NCBI RefSeq assembly: GCF_964355755.1 | Contig: NC_092672.1 | Coordinates: 15,748,001-15,812,000 of the forward strand | DNA: 64,000 bases | Direction: 5' to 3' | Source: Antedon mediterranea | Lineage: Eukaryota; Animalia; Echinodermata | Part shown: in pieces, positions 1-12,790 of the stretch | How the letters are laid out: each line of letters begins with the position of its first letter | Numbering within the stretch: the stretch's first letter is position 1 | Translations under genes and position numbers: made by a program | The notes under the pieces: model-generated | What the model was told of the DNA's origin: nothing | Database searches by the model: none | What the model saw: the letters and a program-made list of their open reading frames with translations, nothing else

Positions 1-165
1 AAAAAAAAAATCTCTGTTTGCAATTTGTTTCACTCAAAATGCTAGATTGACTAGCCTAATTAACAAAAAATGAAATTTTGAGACAGAAAAAGAAAAAAAA
101 ACAAAGTGAGATTAGGCAAAATATTTACAACCCCAATTTTGCAGTAGCAATATAGTAGCTAGCAA

Positions 166-475
166 TTATGTTTCAAATATCATCTTTTTAATATTGTACT
201 TTAGCATAGGGAGCGAGGTCATGTGATTTTGTTCTAGAGTAGACTGGAGTTTATTCCAGTAAGTTGGTCCTTCAATGAAAATTGATCTTTTATTAATTTC
301 TAGTCTACTGTGTGGAATATATATCTTATTTGCGTTTCTTAATGTCTTTAAGCGATCAGTTTTAGGGTTTAAATCAATCAGGTTGTTTATAGGGATGGGA
401 AGTTCCTGGAGATGATATTTGAACATAAAGCATGCAATTTGAATTTTATTTATATCGTATATATTTAACATTTTT
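166..475 (-). pseudogene. Non-LTR retrotransposon (CR1/L2-group) ORF2 C-terminal fragment
   Basis: Translation LNIYDINKIQIACFMFKY...SIFIEGPTYWNKL resembles the post-RT tail of L2/Crack-type LINEs (G..WN.L motif). Confidence 0.55.
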
Positions 476-899
476 AAACTTTGTAATACATTGTAGTATA
501 TTGTATATAAAATTAGTGGCCATTTTGAAAAATGGCCGTCATTTCTATTTTAAGCAACAGTGTCAACAAGGCCTAATGGATTCCGTGTCTGAAGTACAGG
601 GCTTAGAGTGATCAAAAGGGATTAATTAGGATATCTGGCTATGTTGACTGCCTCTAACATTCCACTCCCCCTATAACTTGATTTCTAAGCATCTTTTCAG
701 ATTTTTTTTTTGTCCTATTTTAAACACGATCACCCAAGATAGTAATAGTAACTAATCAAACTATTTTAAATCGTCTTTATATTTTACAAAAGAAAGCACT
801 AAAGAATTGTTTGCAACGTTCCTTTTCATCATCCTTCTCTACCAATCTTTGCCCGCACACAAAGATTAAAATTATCTGAGCTGTACCAAAAAAAATGTT

Positions 900-1210
900 G
901 CGATACTTATGTTTAAGTTTCATCATAAGAAGTTGCCTATTACTTTTGATTCTTTCTTTGCTACAAACAATTCCAAACATAATTATGAGACCAGGGCTAA
1001 AGACAATTTAAGCACTGCTTTCAAAACGACCCTATTGGGCCAACAAAGTGTCGCATACAGAGGCACTTATGTGTGGAACTCACTACCCATTAATTTTTTA
1101 TATATCTATATATATATTTTTGTTATATTTATAATAATGTACACTAATTTGTTATTGAGCTATGGAGAATTTTTTTTTTCCGAAATAAAAGATGAATGAA
1201 TGAATGAATT
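900..1210 (+). mobile_element. LINE 3' end fragment (L2/Crack-like) with (TGAA)n tail
   Basis: MFKFHHKKLP...HNYETR...YRGTYVWNSLP, then AATAAA and gatgaatgaatgaatgaa at about 1183-1208. Confidence 0.6.
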
Positions 1211-2043
1211 AAAATGTCAACCAGTATTGGTCTGTTTAAACATAAAATTCATGATATGTTTGTCACCAGTTATCTTTAATTTTAAGCTACTGGTAAATTC
1301 ATTTTCTCTCGACATTTGATTTGTTATTATCACTGCATTATTTCTATTGTTAGTATTTTTATTGTTACAATTAATATGGTACATTATACTGTTTTTATGT
1401 ATTTATTTATTTAATTATTTATTAATATTTTTTTTCGTTTTAAGGGGCTTTGCATCTAAAGCATTAGCTTAAAGCAATTAACTCTATTCACAACTTCAAT
1501 TAATTTTGTATGTACTTTGTATTAATCTGAGATTGTGAATAAAGTTATATATATTTTCATAGTACTTCTAGCAGAAACAGGGTACTCAAAATACAATACT
1601 ATGTTTTTATACCATATTTTGAGGATATGCAGCAGAAACAGGCTCCATGTAAAAACTTTTAAGAATACTAAAAAAAAAAAAAATAAAATAATAAAGTGGA
1701 TTTATTTAATGATTTTGTTACAAATGCAATAATAAATTTGTTTCATGCACTCAGTAAAGTTATTTGCATTTTTATGTTGCTTGGAGGTGTGCTGTTTATA
1801 ATTAACTATTGATTGAATTAATTATACAATTTTAATAGTAATGCTGCAACATATAATTTTGCATAACAATTAAACATTATCTTCTTTTTATATAATAAAA
1901 TTAGTTTATTCTATACCATCTGTGTCTTGACAACAATGAGGCTGATTGCAATTCATATTTTGCTGCTGTTTTTCATGAATTTGTAATTTATTAGCTTTCA
2001 GTGTACTTGTCATAATTTCTTTGATAAAATTTAAAATGATAAA

Positions 2044-2342
2044 TAAATAATAATAATATCCTGGATTTATATAGCGCATAATGTTGTGAAAACTCTAAGC
2101 GCTAAACATTATTACCCCAGTCATTTTTTCCTGATCAAACACGTATGGAAACATACTCCCATAATGCATCTAGTAATCAGTGCAAAGTTGTGTCTTGATC
2201 TAACTGGGTTCCCATTTATACACTTGGGTGAAGAGAGGCAAACGTAAGTAAAGTTTCTTGCCTAAGGATACAAGCAATGCGGCGAGAGTTGGATTCGAAC
2301 CTCGATCTCACGGTCAGTAGTCGAATGTGCAACACGCCCTCA
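2044..2342 (-). mobile_element. tRNA-derived SINE
   Basis: Minus strand has a B-box (GGTTCGAATCC), a central CCTTAGGCAAG motif, an L2-type tail GCGCTATATAAAT and a (TAT)n end. Confidence 0.65.
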
Positions 2343-3210
2343 CATTAAAGACATATTTATGTCTTGCTTAAAATTGTAATGTAAATACAGATAAGCTCTA
2401 TATTATATATAAAAAAGAATGTACTTTAATAATTTGAAGAAATATACACTTTGACCAAAAACTGGATTGAGAAAAAAAATGTTTAACTGAAAAAACTGTA
2501 ATTTAAAGAAAAAATTGTTAAATTTAATCGGAGTTAATTGTTTTTTTTTTAAATTTAATAGCTTATTTTGTATTTTTACAGGTGAAAACATTATTTTTTA
2601 AAAGTTTTTTTCCTACAGAAGGAACCATATTTCATAGCTGTAATATTAAAATTTATCCCATCTAATATTAATGCTACTAAATTGTTCGCGTATTTTATGT
2701 ATCTCCTCCAAAACCACTGAAGGGTACGTGCTCACATTTGGCACACTGATGTTTGTTGATGGGCTGCACACAATAGGCTATGTCACTTTCCTGAATTTTA
2801 AGGATAAATACGAAAAAAAGCAACAAATAGCAGTAATTTGACGTCTCAGTGACCATGTTATGTCACTGTATAAACTACGCAACCTCCTTGATTGAGATCT
2901 GTTGTGTACTGCTATGGTCGGATCTACAAATACCAGGCCGGGCCACAAAATAGTCTTTAGTCAACCGAATTAAATGATCGCGTCGTTGAAGGTATAATGA
3001 TTTTCGTAAATCGTAGCCAGTATCCAATACAATGCTTAGTATATTCGAGTTTAAATCTGCGACAAGATAATCATTATGTATCACCGCTTGAAGCTAAAAA
3101 TCAAAACTAGACCACAATGTAATTACTAGAAAAAAAGATACGATACCTCACACAAAAAATTTGCAAAATATAAAAAACCATGAAATAAAAAAAATGTAAA
3201 CGAACAAAAA

Positions 3211-3214
<4 letters not shown>

Positions 3215-3243
<29 letters not shown>
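3215..3243. repeat. (AC)n microsatellite
   Basis: Direct reading. Confidence 0.95.
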
Positions 3244-3245
<2 letters not shown>

Positions 3246-3674
3246 AAATATTGTGTTTCTGCTGAATATCAAATATCAACGAAAAATACACCCAAAATGT
3301 AAAAGTTTGTGTCTGAGCGCATCGAGTCTAATTTCAACGTGCATGTCCCTCTCATGCACGTTGTCACTTTTTGGGGCGCACCCTAGATTAATATTCACAC
3401 AGCACAAAGTCCCATATCCAGTATTGCTTTCATTTTGTAGCATACAGATATTTAAGTAAAGGAATACTTTGTGTATAGGAAAATCAATGGCCGTGAATAG
3501 TTCCGAATTGTATTCTTGAACATTTTTTTTTTTTATAAATAATTTGTCAGGGGCTTTTATTACTTAATCATGCCATAAGAATTATTATACAGGCAATGCA
3601 GACAAATCGTGCGGAGCAAATAGGTAACACATCTCCCATACAAAAAAAATTGCAAACTAGATTTAATTCTACAC

Positions 3675-4814
3675 GTGACAGACATAATGGAGCTCCTCGG
3701 TTTAATTGTGAACAAAACCTATTTCTCGTTCAATGGTAACATTTATAGGCAAATACAAGGCATTGCTATGGGAAGCCCAATAAGTCCTATATTGGCAAAC
3801 TTGTATCTAGAGTGGCTCGAACATCAAGCCATAAACACGGCACCCACTAACATCAAGCCTGTGTATTGGAAACGATACGTTGACGATGTATTAGCTATCA
3901 TCCCCACAGGTACAGTACATACATTTAACACACATCTTAATAACATCGATATAACTGACAACATCAAATTCACCACAGAATCCATGACAAACAACACAAT
4001 ACCTTTCCTGGACATGCTCATCACACTCAATGACAACGGAACAGTTACCACCTCAGTCTATCGGAAGCCCACTCACACAGACCAATATTTACATTTCAAC
4101 TCACATCATCCACTCGAACACAAACTGGGGCTTATAAACACGCTTGTGGACAGAACTGAGAAGGTAGTGGGAGATATGGATTTGAGGAAAGTTGAGATGG
4201 ATAACATCAAGAAAGCGTTACACAACTGCCAGTATCCAGAGTGGTCCTTCCAGAGAGTTATGGAAAACCGATGAAGAAAAAAGAACAAATGACACGAACC
4301 ACAGATAAGATCAAGATGAGACGTAGCATAGGAATCCCCTATGTAAAAGGAATGGCAGAAAGAATATGACGCACTCTCTCCTATCACAATGTCGGAACCT
4401 ATTTCCTACCCCAAAATAAAATCAAGAATGGCATCGTCCACCCAAAAGATAAAATCGAGAAGATGGATACATGTGGAGTAATCTACGAAGTCACCTGCCG
4501 CAACTGTCCACAAGTATACATTGGGGAAACAGGGAGGGCATTAAACACAAATTAATGATCACAAAAAAGATGTTACAACAAACACGGGGGGAGTAATGAC
4601 TAGGGCCTCCAGAACATCCACATCATCGATCATACACAAATCTGCCATTACAGAACATGTCATAAAACACAATCATGTACCGAACTGGGAGGCGACCATC
4701 TTAACCAAAGAGCCTAAACGCAAAGACAGACAGATTAGAGAATCATTACATATAAGGAGAAATAAGGAGAAGACCATGAACCGGGACACTGGAGCCCACG
4801 AACTCTCGCATTAG
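3675..4814 (+). pseudogene. PLE reverse transcriptase + GIY-YIG endonuclease, frameshifted
   Basis: GIAMGSPISPILANLY, RYVDD, PFLD, VYRKPTHTDQYLHFNSHHP; GVIYEVTCRNCPQVYIGETGR at about 4474-4537; SAITEH...RQIRESLHIR...MNRD. Confidence 0.9.
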
Positions 4815-4934
4815 TACAATGATTTGATAGACACATCACCTGGCCGAGCCCCGCACAACCTCCAACCTACAACCGGAGGCGTACGACGTCATCAACAGAT
4901 GACGTCAAGCATGACCAAGCTGCATTAACACTCC

Positions 4935-4985
4935 GCAGTCAGTTGAGAATGATCTCTGATAGAGATCGAAACGTTCGAGTAAGTA
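4935..4985 (+). ncRNA. Minimal type I hammerhead ribozyme-like motif of the PLE terminus
   Basis: TTGAGAA core (U3-A8 variant), T, GATCTCT-gat-AGAGATC stem II, then GAAACGTTC with a palindromic stem III and a GTAAGT donor, as is typical of PLE pseudo-LTRs. Stem I is weak. Confidence 0.6.
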
Positions 4986-5057
4986 CTCCGTTAACTTGTG
5001 CTTTTACAAAAACGAAATTTGTCATCTATACAAAATCGAAGCTAAATGAAATTTTTT

Positions 5058-6488
5058 CTAGATTTAATTCGTCACTATGACGAATTATAGGTTATATGCA
5101 TTGATTTAAATAAAGATAACTGATTTTTAAAAGATATATTGATTGATTGATTTTCTCAGAATCTTTAATTATTTATAATATATAATAGGACCTTGCTAAC
5201 GCGAACACCATAGCCGGTATCACAACCCGATCAAAGATCCATATGCGTATAATGTCATAAACCACATTTGTTGTTACATAATAATAAAGACATAAGTTAC
5301 TTTTTATCTAGATTTCATTATAAATCATGTGTATAATCAATACACTAAGAAATAAATTTGAACAAACAATACGGATAATAAAAAAAAAATCTTATTTCGT
5401 TTCCCAAGGTTAGACTCGATCTCGGTACCTTGAATGCCATAGACACGAGCACAGACCATCGAGCCATACACAACTGACTAAAAGTTGTAGAAAAATTCCT
5501 CTGTGTATTTACTATGCAGTAACCACTTTTGGTGGAAATAGATTATTACATACCGCAATGAATTATTATTTTTTACTATGATGACATCTTTAAAAATGTA
5601 AAAAAATTATGCATTGTCAAACTATATACTTATAACTTTAATATATGAACTTCTTAAGAAAGAAAGTTAATGTTAAGTTTGTTATTTCGGCCTAAGAAAA
5701 TGTCATAATTTGTTTGATTGTCGAAATTATTTTCTTAACTTAACTTAATCAACTTTTGTTCTCTTAACTTGATAATAAATCATACATATGATACATACAC
5801 TTCAAGAAAATGAAATAAAAAATAGGTGTTCCCCAGCATTCTGACGATATACAGTATATTAATTAAAAAATTTAGCATATTTTCACCATTTTGAACTTAT
5901 ACGTGCGTAGCCTGTCACTTTTGACATGCTCGTATAATGCAATTTCGAGTTGAAAAGTGAATCAAATATGATGATATTATTAAAGAAAGACTGTAAAACA
6001 GAAATCGGGTAAAAAGAGTGCGCATTAACGTTTAACGCAAAAATCTGCGCACTCATGGCAATTTTTTAAACGCCTAAAATTGCCTGAAACGTACTCTAAT
6101 TTCATCGAAAATAAATTTGGACAATTTTGAACATTTTAAGTGCGCGTGCGCAAGCGTTATATGCGCTACGCACGTAATTGTATTGCCATATGAAATATGA
6201 CCTGACATTTATGAGTACCAAATTTTGTTTAATTGTGATTCATGCTTGTGAAGATATGATTACAAACGTGATTTCGTTAAATCCCGCGTCATTTTTGATT
6301 GCGCACCATGAAAACATAACCACATCGATTCCTGGCCATAAGGAATATACTCTGAAAAATTGACTTAGCTAGATGAAACTGATATCAAGATAATTGACGG
6401 ACAAAATAGTGCTAAGGAAAGAATAAATAAATAAATAAAGATCCTGACAGAATCAAGAGGTTATATGCATGATATGCATATAACCTAA
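5058..6488 (-). mobile_element. Non-autonomous Helentron/Helitron-like element
   Basis: Subterminal repeat AGGTTATATGCAT at 5089-5101 and 6458-6470, with its inverse at 6474-6486. Hairpin AATTCGTCA-cta-TGACGAATT (5066-5086) lies next to the CTAG end. Body is related to 35810-38378 and 60702-63806. Confidence 0.7.
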
Positions 6489-7307
6489 ATATCAAAACCA
6501 GTGTCAAAATAAAAATAAAATGTATGAATAAACTTAACAATTCACGTTTCCACAGCAATGTGTTTTTCATTCAGATTTTTGTCCACTTTTATATTTTATC
6601 TCTATGTATCAAATAAATAATACACCACTAAAAACACCCAAAATAATATAGTTTGGCATTATATACTTTCGTTATGTGTTTGCGCGCATTATCTAATTCA
6701 CACAGCACAATTTTTCTTTAGTGTCTTTTATTTTCATAAAATCTGAATAGTAAAAAATAAAGTCTAAAGTTCCATATCCACTATTGCTTTCATTTTTTAG
6801 CCTACCGTACATATATTTTAAAGTGAAGGGATAGTATATAACAAATCAATGGCCCTAAATACAGTAGTTCTGAATTTTATTTAGAATTTGTTTTTATTTT
6901 AATAATTTGTCAAAGTACTTTTATCAGAGTGCGCTTTTATAACCACATATTATGGCAGAAAAAGACCGTGCAGAATTAAATAAAAGATCACCTATTGCTA
7001 TTTTACAAAATCTTTATTTATTTCTTTCTCCACAGATTTTATGTATTTTATGTATATTTCAAAAAGTTCAATGTCAATGATTTTCTTTTTTTACAATACA
7101 TAAAAAATAGGCCATCATAGCTTTATGTGATTACTCATCCGTGATGTCATCGAGACGCAATTTTTAAATTCATCTTTTCCATCATATTTTCATAACTGCT
7201 TGTGTTAGATATCAATTAAATTATCTACACATAAACTTCAGGTAGATGGTCATATAACATAATTATAAGTTAAAAAAATGTGCATGCGATCATATTTTGC
7301 ATTTAAC

Positions 7308-7535
7308 GCAAACATCGGGGGGCAGTCTCTGATAATAACGTACTTCCAGTATGGTAAACAATGCAAACATCGGGGGGAAGTCTCTGATAATAACGTACTT
7401 CCAGTATGGTAAACAATGCAAACATCGGGGGGCAGTCTCTGATAATAACGTACTTCCAGTATGGTAAACAATGCAAACATCGGGGGGCAGTCTCTGATAA
7501 TAACGCACTTCCAGTATGGTAAACAATGCTAACAT
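7308..7535. repeat. 55-bp minisatellite, 4 near-identical copies
   Basis: Unit GCAAACATCGGGGGGCAGTCTCTGATAATAACGTACTTCCAGTATGGTAAACAAT starts at 7308, 7363, 7418 and 7473. Confidence 0.95.
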
Positions 7536-8512
7536 TATTAGATTGCATTGTTACTCTTTTGTTCGTTAATCTGTAATTCAACGTTATTTTCATTGTGATT
7601 CTTGAATTTATTTTATTTAAAAATTTCCTTTTTTGAAGGGTAAAAATTGAACTGATGATGGATAAAAGCACATAACATAATGTCACTGTGTCATGTCAGA
7701 CTGATGTATAATCGCCCATCTTTTGTCACGGCGAGAGACCAGAAAAAATTAAATTGTAATTTTTCCCTGATACTATGTATTTTTGTTGATATGCGTGGTG
7801 TTTATTAACGAAATACTCAAATAATGTTCTAAACTTTAAAAATATACCAATTAATTTGAATGCATTTCCTCTCAAATTGTGATAAAAATAATAACTATAT
7901 AGTTCTGCTAAATGCGTGACAAAATGTGTCTGTTCAAAATGCGTGTTTCATAAAAAATTACTTTGAAATACAGGAAAATCCAACACGATGGCCGCTAATA
8001 TGTTTCATTTATTTTTGTCCCATCCTCATCATCATTATGAAATTTGTATATTAATTTTACTTACTTTAATTGACTAGAAGTATGTAGACTTACTACTAAA
8101 ATTTCACACATCGATACTGTGCATAATACCGATTTTTTACGTTTTCGATCTACGGATTGCAGTTCACAGATTTATTCGTTGAAAATTAAATTAAAACTGA
8201 AACATAAATTATTTGCAAAAAATGCAGATATCTGTGATGAAACATAATAAATAATAAATTGCTGATTTAACCCCTGTATTATTATTGTTAGCAGCTAATT
8301 TATATACACATAAAATCAAGCAGATATTTTTTCTCATTTGCATTATGATGACAGATCTAATGCATCAGCAGAATGATAGCATTCCATAGCGTTTCATTAT
8401 AAATTTTGTAGGCCAAGTCAATTTAGCTTATTTTTTAAACCAGGAAGAAAGGCTTTTTATAATCATCATAAAACAAAATAAACTACAAATTTAAATTTCA
8501 AAATAAGAATTT

Positions 8513-9799
8513 TTACATTATAGTTTTTCTTTCACCTATTTCTAAGTATATTGATTCTCTATCAAGATCTGAAGGTAGGCCTACTTGAGTACCTATTGAT
8601 CTCTTCCATACACCAGCAATTTGTGCTGAAGTCCTGTCCATTGTAGAGATGCTGTCTTTTGGCATAAAGTAAACATCAGGTTGAGGGACACGTACCCCTG
8701 GTAGATACCGTCTTGAATGAGCAACAAATATACATAATAAAACAGCCATAATACAAGCAAGCAGTAACAAACAGGATCCAACAAAAGATAATATCTTGGT
8801 TGATGACATTTTTCCAGAGTTTTGTTCCTGACCTGTATCAATTGTACTTGAGATTGGATCTGGATTATTTGAAGGGGGTAGGTATAGTATTTTTGACATA
8901 GTGGAACTACCAATATCATTAGTTGCTTGGCAATTCATAATCGTTCCATTCTGACTTGGATATAATTGGTTTAATCTTAGTGTCTGATCACCAGTTTCTA
9001 TTTGGTATTGACTTTCACTTATATTTGGTGTAAATATCCACTTGTAATAAATTACCTTCGGATTAGCTTTTACAGAACATATGTACACACTTCCTTGTTT
9101 AACCATGATTTCACCATTTAACTCAATCAGTGGTTTGTAAACAACATTCAGTGGACCAACAGTGCAATTTCGTTCAATTTTTGCAGCTTTTAGATTACAA
9201 ATGTATATCTTACCATTGAATTCAGGAGTAAGTTTAAGTTGATGGGTTAGCAAAATCTTATTATTTTTTTTGTTTAGCAATGATTCAAGTTCTGTTCCAT
9301 TTGTAATCCATCTCAATGTTTGTTTTTGAACTCCAATTTCTGATTCGCATGATAAACGTAACATTTCACCACTTCTATATTTTGTTTGTCTATTCTGACA
9401 ATCTGGGTTTGGTATTTCAATTACTGTGATTTTAACATCTTTTGAAATTGTAATCTTCTCACCATTTTTGTAAATCCCACAAGAATATTTAGATGTTTTG
9501 TCAGTTCTTTTAGCTGGATCAATAATGAGAAAATAATGACCATTATCTTTATCAACATCAATCTCGTAGCGACTTGATTGTTGTAAGATGTTCTTTCCTT
9601 CGCTAATCTTTACCGAGTCTTTAAACCATGATACAATTTCATCATTCTCTAAGTCTTGAACTATACATATGATCTGAATTTTACTTCCCTCTGCAACTGT
9701 AACATCTGTTGGAAAATTTGAGATGATTCCTGCAAAATTGCTTTGAAAACACCATAAGAAAATAAAATACAACAAACTAGCTTCAGATAACTGGGTCAT
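8513..9799 (-). CDS. Single-exon type I membrane protein with three Ig-like domains (KIRREL/nectin/CADM-like architecture)
   Basis: Open 428-aa frame from MTQLSEASLLYFIFLWCF (signal peptide). Three C..W..C Ig patterns (IICIV/VSWFKD/YSCGI; LSCES/LRWIT/YICNL; YICSVKANP/YKWIF/NCQATNDIG), TM ILSFVGSCLLLLACIMAVLLCIFVA, and a tail containing SIYLEI. An upstream ATG at 9826 is possible. Confidence 0.88.
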   Translation of the reverse strand: MTQLSEASLLYFIFLWCFQSNFAGIISNFPTDVTVAEGSKIQIICIVQDLENDEIVSWFKDSVKISEGKNILQQSSRYEIDVDKDNGHYFLIIDPAKRTDKTSKYSCGIYKNGEKITISKDVKITVIEIPNPDCQNRQTKYRSGEMLRLSCESEIGVQKQTLRWITNGTELESLLNKKNNKILLTHQLKLTPEFNGKIYICNLKAAKIERNCTVGPLNVVYKPLIELNGEIMVKQGSVYICSVKANPKVIYYKWIFTPNISESQYQIETGDQTLRLNQLYPSQNGTIMNCQATNDIGSSTMSKILYLPPSNNPDPISSTIDTGQEQNSGKMSSTKILSFVGSCLLLLACIMAVLLCIFVAHSRRYLPGVRVPQPDVYFMPKDSISTMDRTSAQIAGVWKRSIGTQVGLPSDLDRESIYLEIGERKTIM

Positions 9800-11581
9800 T
9801 TTTATATAATAAAAAATATAATACATTTGACAACTGTTCTGACTCTTTGAAAAGTAGTTTTAAAACTAGCATATGTGCCAAGTTCTACTGTCAATGAAGT
9901 TTTTACATTGAAACTAGGTAGTTTTATGTATGGTCATTTAATGCTTTAATAACACTACTGTATACCATAGTTGAGGCCAGTCAATTCTATAAATTTGTTT
10001 ATGGTTTCTGAACTAAGTATCATGTAACAGTATTAAATTGCAGTGTTGATGATACATTGACTGTTTGAGATATACATGAGTAGTAATAGAGAGCTGTGTA
10101 GATGGTGTTTATGACATCATTTAGTGGTCGGAACTAGCCAATTAGTTTCTGTTCAAATTTACGAATCATAAATTAACTTATATGTCCAACATTCATTATA
10201 AAATTAGTTTAGATTTTCCATTTTCATTTTTGAGTGACACAGATACAAGATACAGTCTTTTGCTTTCTTCTCTCTGTCACAGAAATTCACTCAGTTGGAT
10301 TTACATGTTGTGGCATTAATTATTAAGAAATTAATTATTCAAACAAGTTGAAGTGAAATTTCTGATGCAAAAATATATATTTAACTTTACCTAATACCAA
10401 TCCAATATTGGTCGGTGCAGTATTTTTAAAGCTCTAGAAACAGTATATTGGCCTACCCGTAATATTTTTTAAAATGTTGTCACCTCAGGTGGTAGTAAGC
10501 CTATTTGTATTTCAATTTTATCCTGACTGGAAGACATTTTAAGATGTGCCATTTTCTCAAGAACCTAGTCTATATTCCAAAAATATTCTCATCTGTCTTA
10601 ACCATGGTCAGGCTGAGGCGGCAAGATATATGATTTAATTTGATTAAATAGGTTAATGGTTTAGTCAATTTGTTTGCTGCAATAAAAAGTTATTAATTAA
10701 GTTAGTTATTAATATTGTATATTTTTTATTTTGGCCTATTAATTTATAGTTCATTTACATTGTTTCATGTATGTCTGTTAGTGAAATATTATGCTAGATT
10801 TTCAAATTTTCATTTTCATGTTAATGCTCATAAAGCCTAATTCCGTCAACCGCTTCTATTGCACACTGTAAAAAGCTTATTAGACTGATTCCGGCCCTAA
10901 GGAATATACTCTAATTGATGTTGCTTGACGAAGTTGATCTCAAGATAATTAATGGACAAAATACAGAATTAATAAAGAAATATTCTTACAAAATCAATAA
11001 GGTTTATTGCATGATAATGCATGTAACCTGAATGTGAGGAAATTATTTATGAGAAACTTTGGAATATTTTAGAATGGCCACTTCTTTATTGCTTAAAAGC
11101 ATTATTGTAATAAATAATACAAGGAGATAGCAAAATATATTTTTGTAGAGGACAAAGGTTAATTTAATGATTTTCTTTTTTTTTTGCATAATTGTTATTC
11201 TATTCTATATTATCTTTTACGAATTTTAATGTAAAACATTATGGTACACATGCTGTTTCCTTATGTACGAGCTGGAATCAATGTCTATGTAAACACATCA
11301 ATATCGCATGTTTAACTCCAAAAATGTATGGTGCATATCTGGTTGACTAGTTTAGTTGGTGGAATTTTTTACGTTATGTCCCACTATCAACCCTGAACTG
11401 CCTGCTTTTCAACATTTTTTTATAAAAAAAAAAGTTTCTTAGTATAGTATTTTAATTTTAATTTATTTTCATGTAACAATATCTGTACGTATGTCGTGCA
11501 ATGATATAAGTGAATTCCCGGGCTTTATCAGTGAAAACATGTAACTGATCTGAAGAGAAAACCACTGCTGAAGAAGTGTAG

Positions 11582-11610
11582 GTCAATAGTCAATAGTCAA
11601 TAGTCAATAG
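11582..11610. repeat. (GTCAATA)4 tandem repeat
   Basis: Direct reading. Confidence 0.85.
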
Positions 11611-11671
11611 TACAGTGAAAATTTTAATTTTCACTGTACAATGGTCACCAGCAGTATTATTTAAATTAGGC

Positions 11672-11803
11672 TTTTTTTAGTCGCGACTCTACAGCTCGCT
11701 CGGTCGGTCGGTTGGGCAGTCGGTCGGTTGGGCAGTCGGTCGGTTGGGCAGTCGGTAAATACTAACTTGAGCACATGACTGCAGCCATGTATATGGCCTT
11801 GTT
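11672..11803 (+). mobile_element. Short DINE-1/Helentron-like non-autonomous element
   Basis: TTTTTTAGTCGCGACTCTAC start, internal (GGTC/GGTTGGGCAGTC)n microsatellite and a terminal hairpin GCCATGTATATGGC followed by CTTGTTT. Confidence 0.5.
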
Positions 11804-11984
11804 TCTCCCCAATACACTACCAAATGAAACTGATATTTAAAAGTACTGTTACAAGTTTTGGGAACTCTCTCACAACTAATCACTAATATTCATGCTGAAT
11901 GGAATATGACAACAAGTGTTCACTTTTACCAAAAAATTAAATTTAATTTATTGCAAAAAATAGTCTGTCAGACAATAGTTTTTT

Positions 11985-12790
11985 AGACCGGGCGCCCAGA
12001 GAATTTATTCATGTGAAAAGCCACAAAAGGTTTGATGGGCTGATTATGTAGATATATGGCAAAGATTCAATAATCAATATTGCTGCCGGGTCATATCTTG
12101 TAAATTTTTCCTGGGGACACCAAATAGGAGGGGTAAAAAATGGATTTAATCATGTGAAAAGCCAAACGGATAAAAGTTGTTGGACATAGTCCGCATGTGT
12201 GTATAGAATGTTAAAACAGCAATTACACACCACACGGCTAATTCCTTTTGCATTGTAACTGTTACACATTAGGATGCACAAAAATACCATTGACAGCAAC
12301 TTTACCTGTAAGTTGCCCCAGACAGTAGCCCCAAAATGCCCGTTGGGCCATACAAGATTTTATCATGCGAAGAGCCACACGGCTAAATTTCTTTTGCATT
12401 ATAATTGTTACACATTAGGATATACAAAAATACCATTGACAGCAACTTTATCCTGTAAGTTTCCCCAGACAGTAGCCCAAAAATGCCCGTTGGCAATCAT
12501 GCAAAGAGTCACACAGCAAATTCCTTTTACATTGTAACTATTATCTTTTGGGATATACAAATACCGTTGACAGCAACTTTATCCTGTAAGTTGCTCCAGA
12601 CCGTAGCCCAAAAATGCCTGTTGGACCATACAAGATTTAATCATTGTAACTGTTAAACATTGAGATGCACAAAAATACCATTGACAGCAACTTTATCCTG
12701 TAAGTTGCCCCAGATAGTAGGCCGATTCCAATCCCTAATAATAACTCAAAGAGCCACACGGCATATTGTTTAACTTTCCATTGCAGGGAA
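11985..12790 (+). repeat. Dispersed repeat with about 140-bp degenerate internal tandem units
   Basis: Recurring AATACCATTGACAGCAACTTTATCCTGTAAGTTGCCCCAGA units at 12230-12790. An inverted relative lies at 16785-16825 plus 17460-17741. Confidence 0.7.

Larger units (their letters stand above)
3670..5057 (+). mobile_element. 5'-truncated Penelope-like element (RT + GIY-YIG, Penelope/Poseidon type) with 13-bp TSD
   Basis: CTAGATTTAATTC at 3657-3669 and 5058-5070 flanks the RT/endonuclease remnants and a hammerhead-bearing 3' end. Confidence 0.88.

Noticed and set aside
7308-7535. CRISPR-like array or repetitive protein ORFs
   Set aside because: Units are head-to-tail with no unique spacers, and the three minus-strand ORFs are by-products of the 55-bp period.
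8593-8919. Overlapping alternative-frame ORF in the Ig gene
   Set aside because: Short same-strand shadow frame with no independent support.
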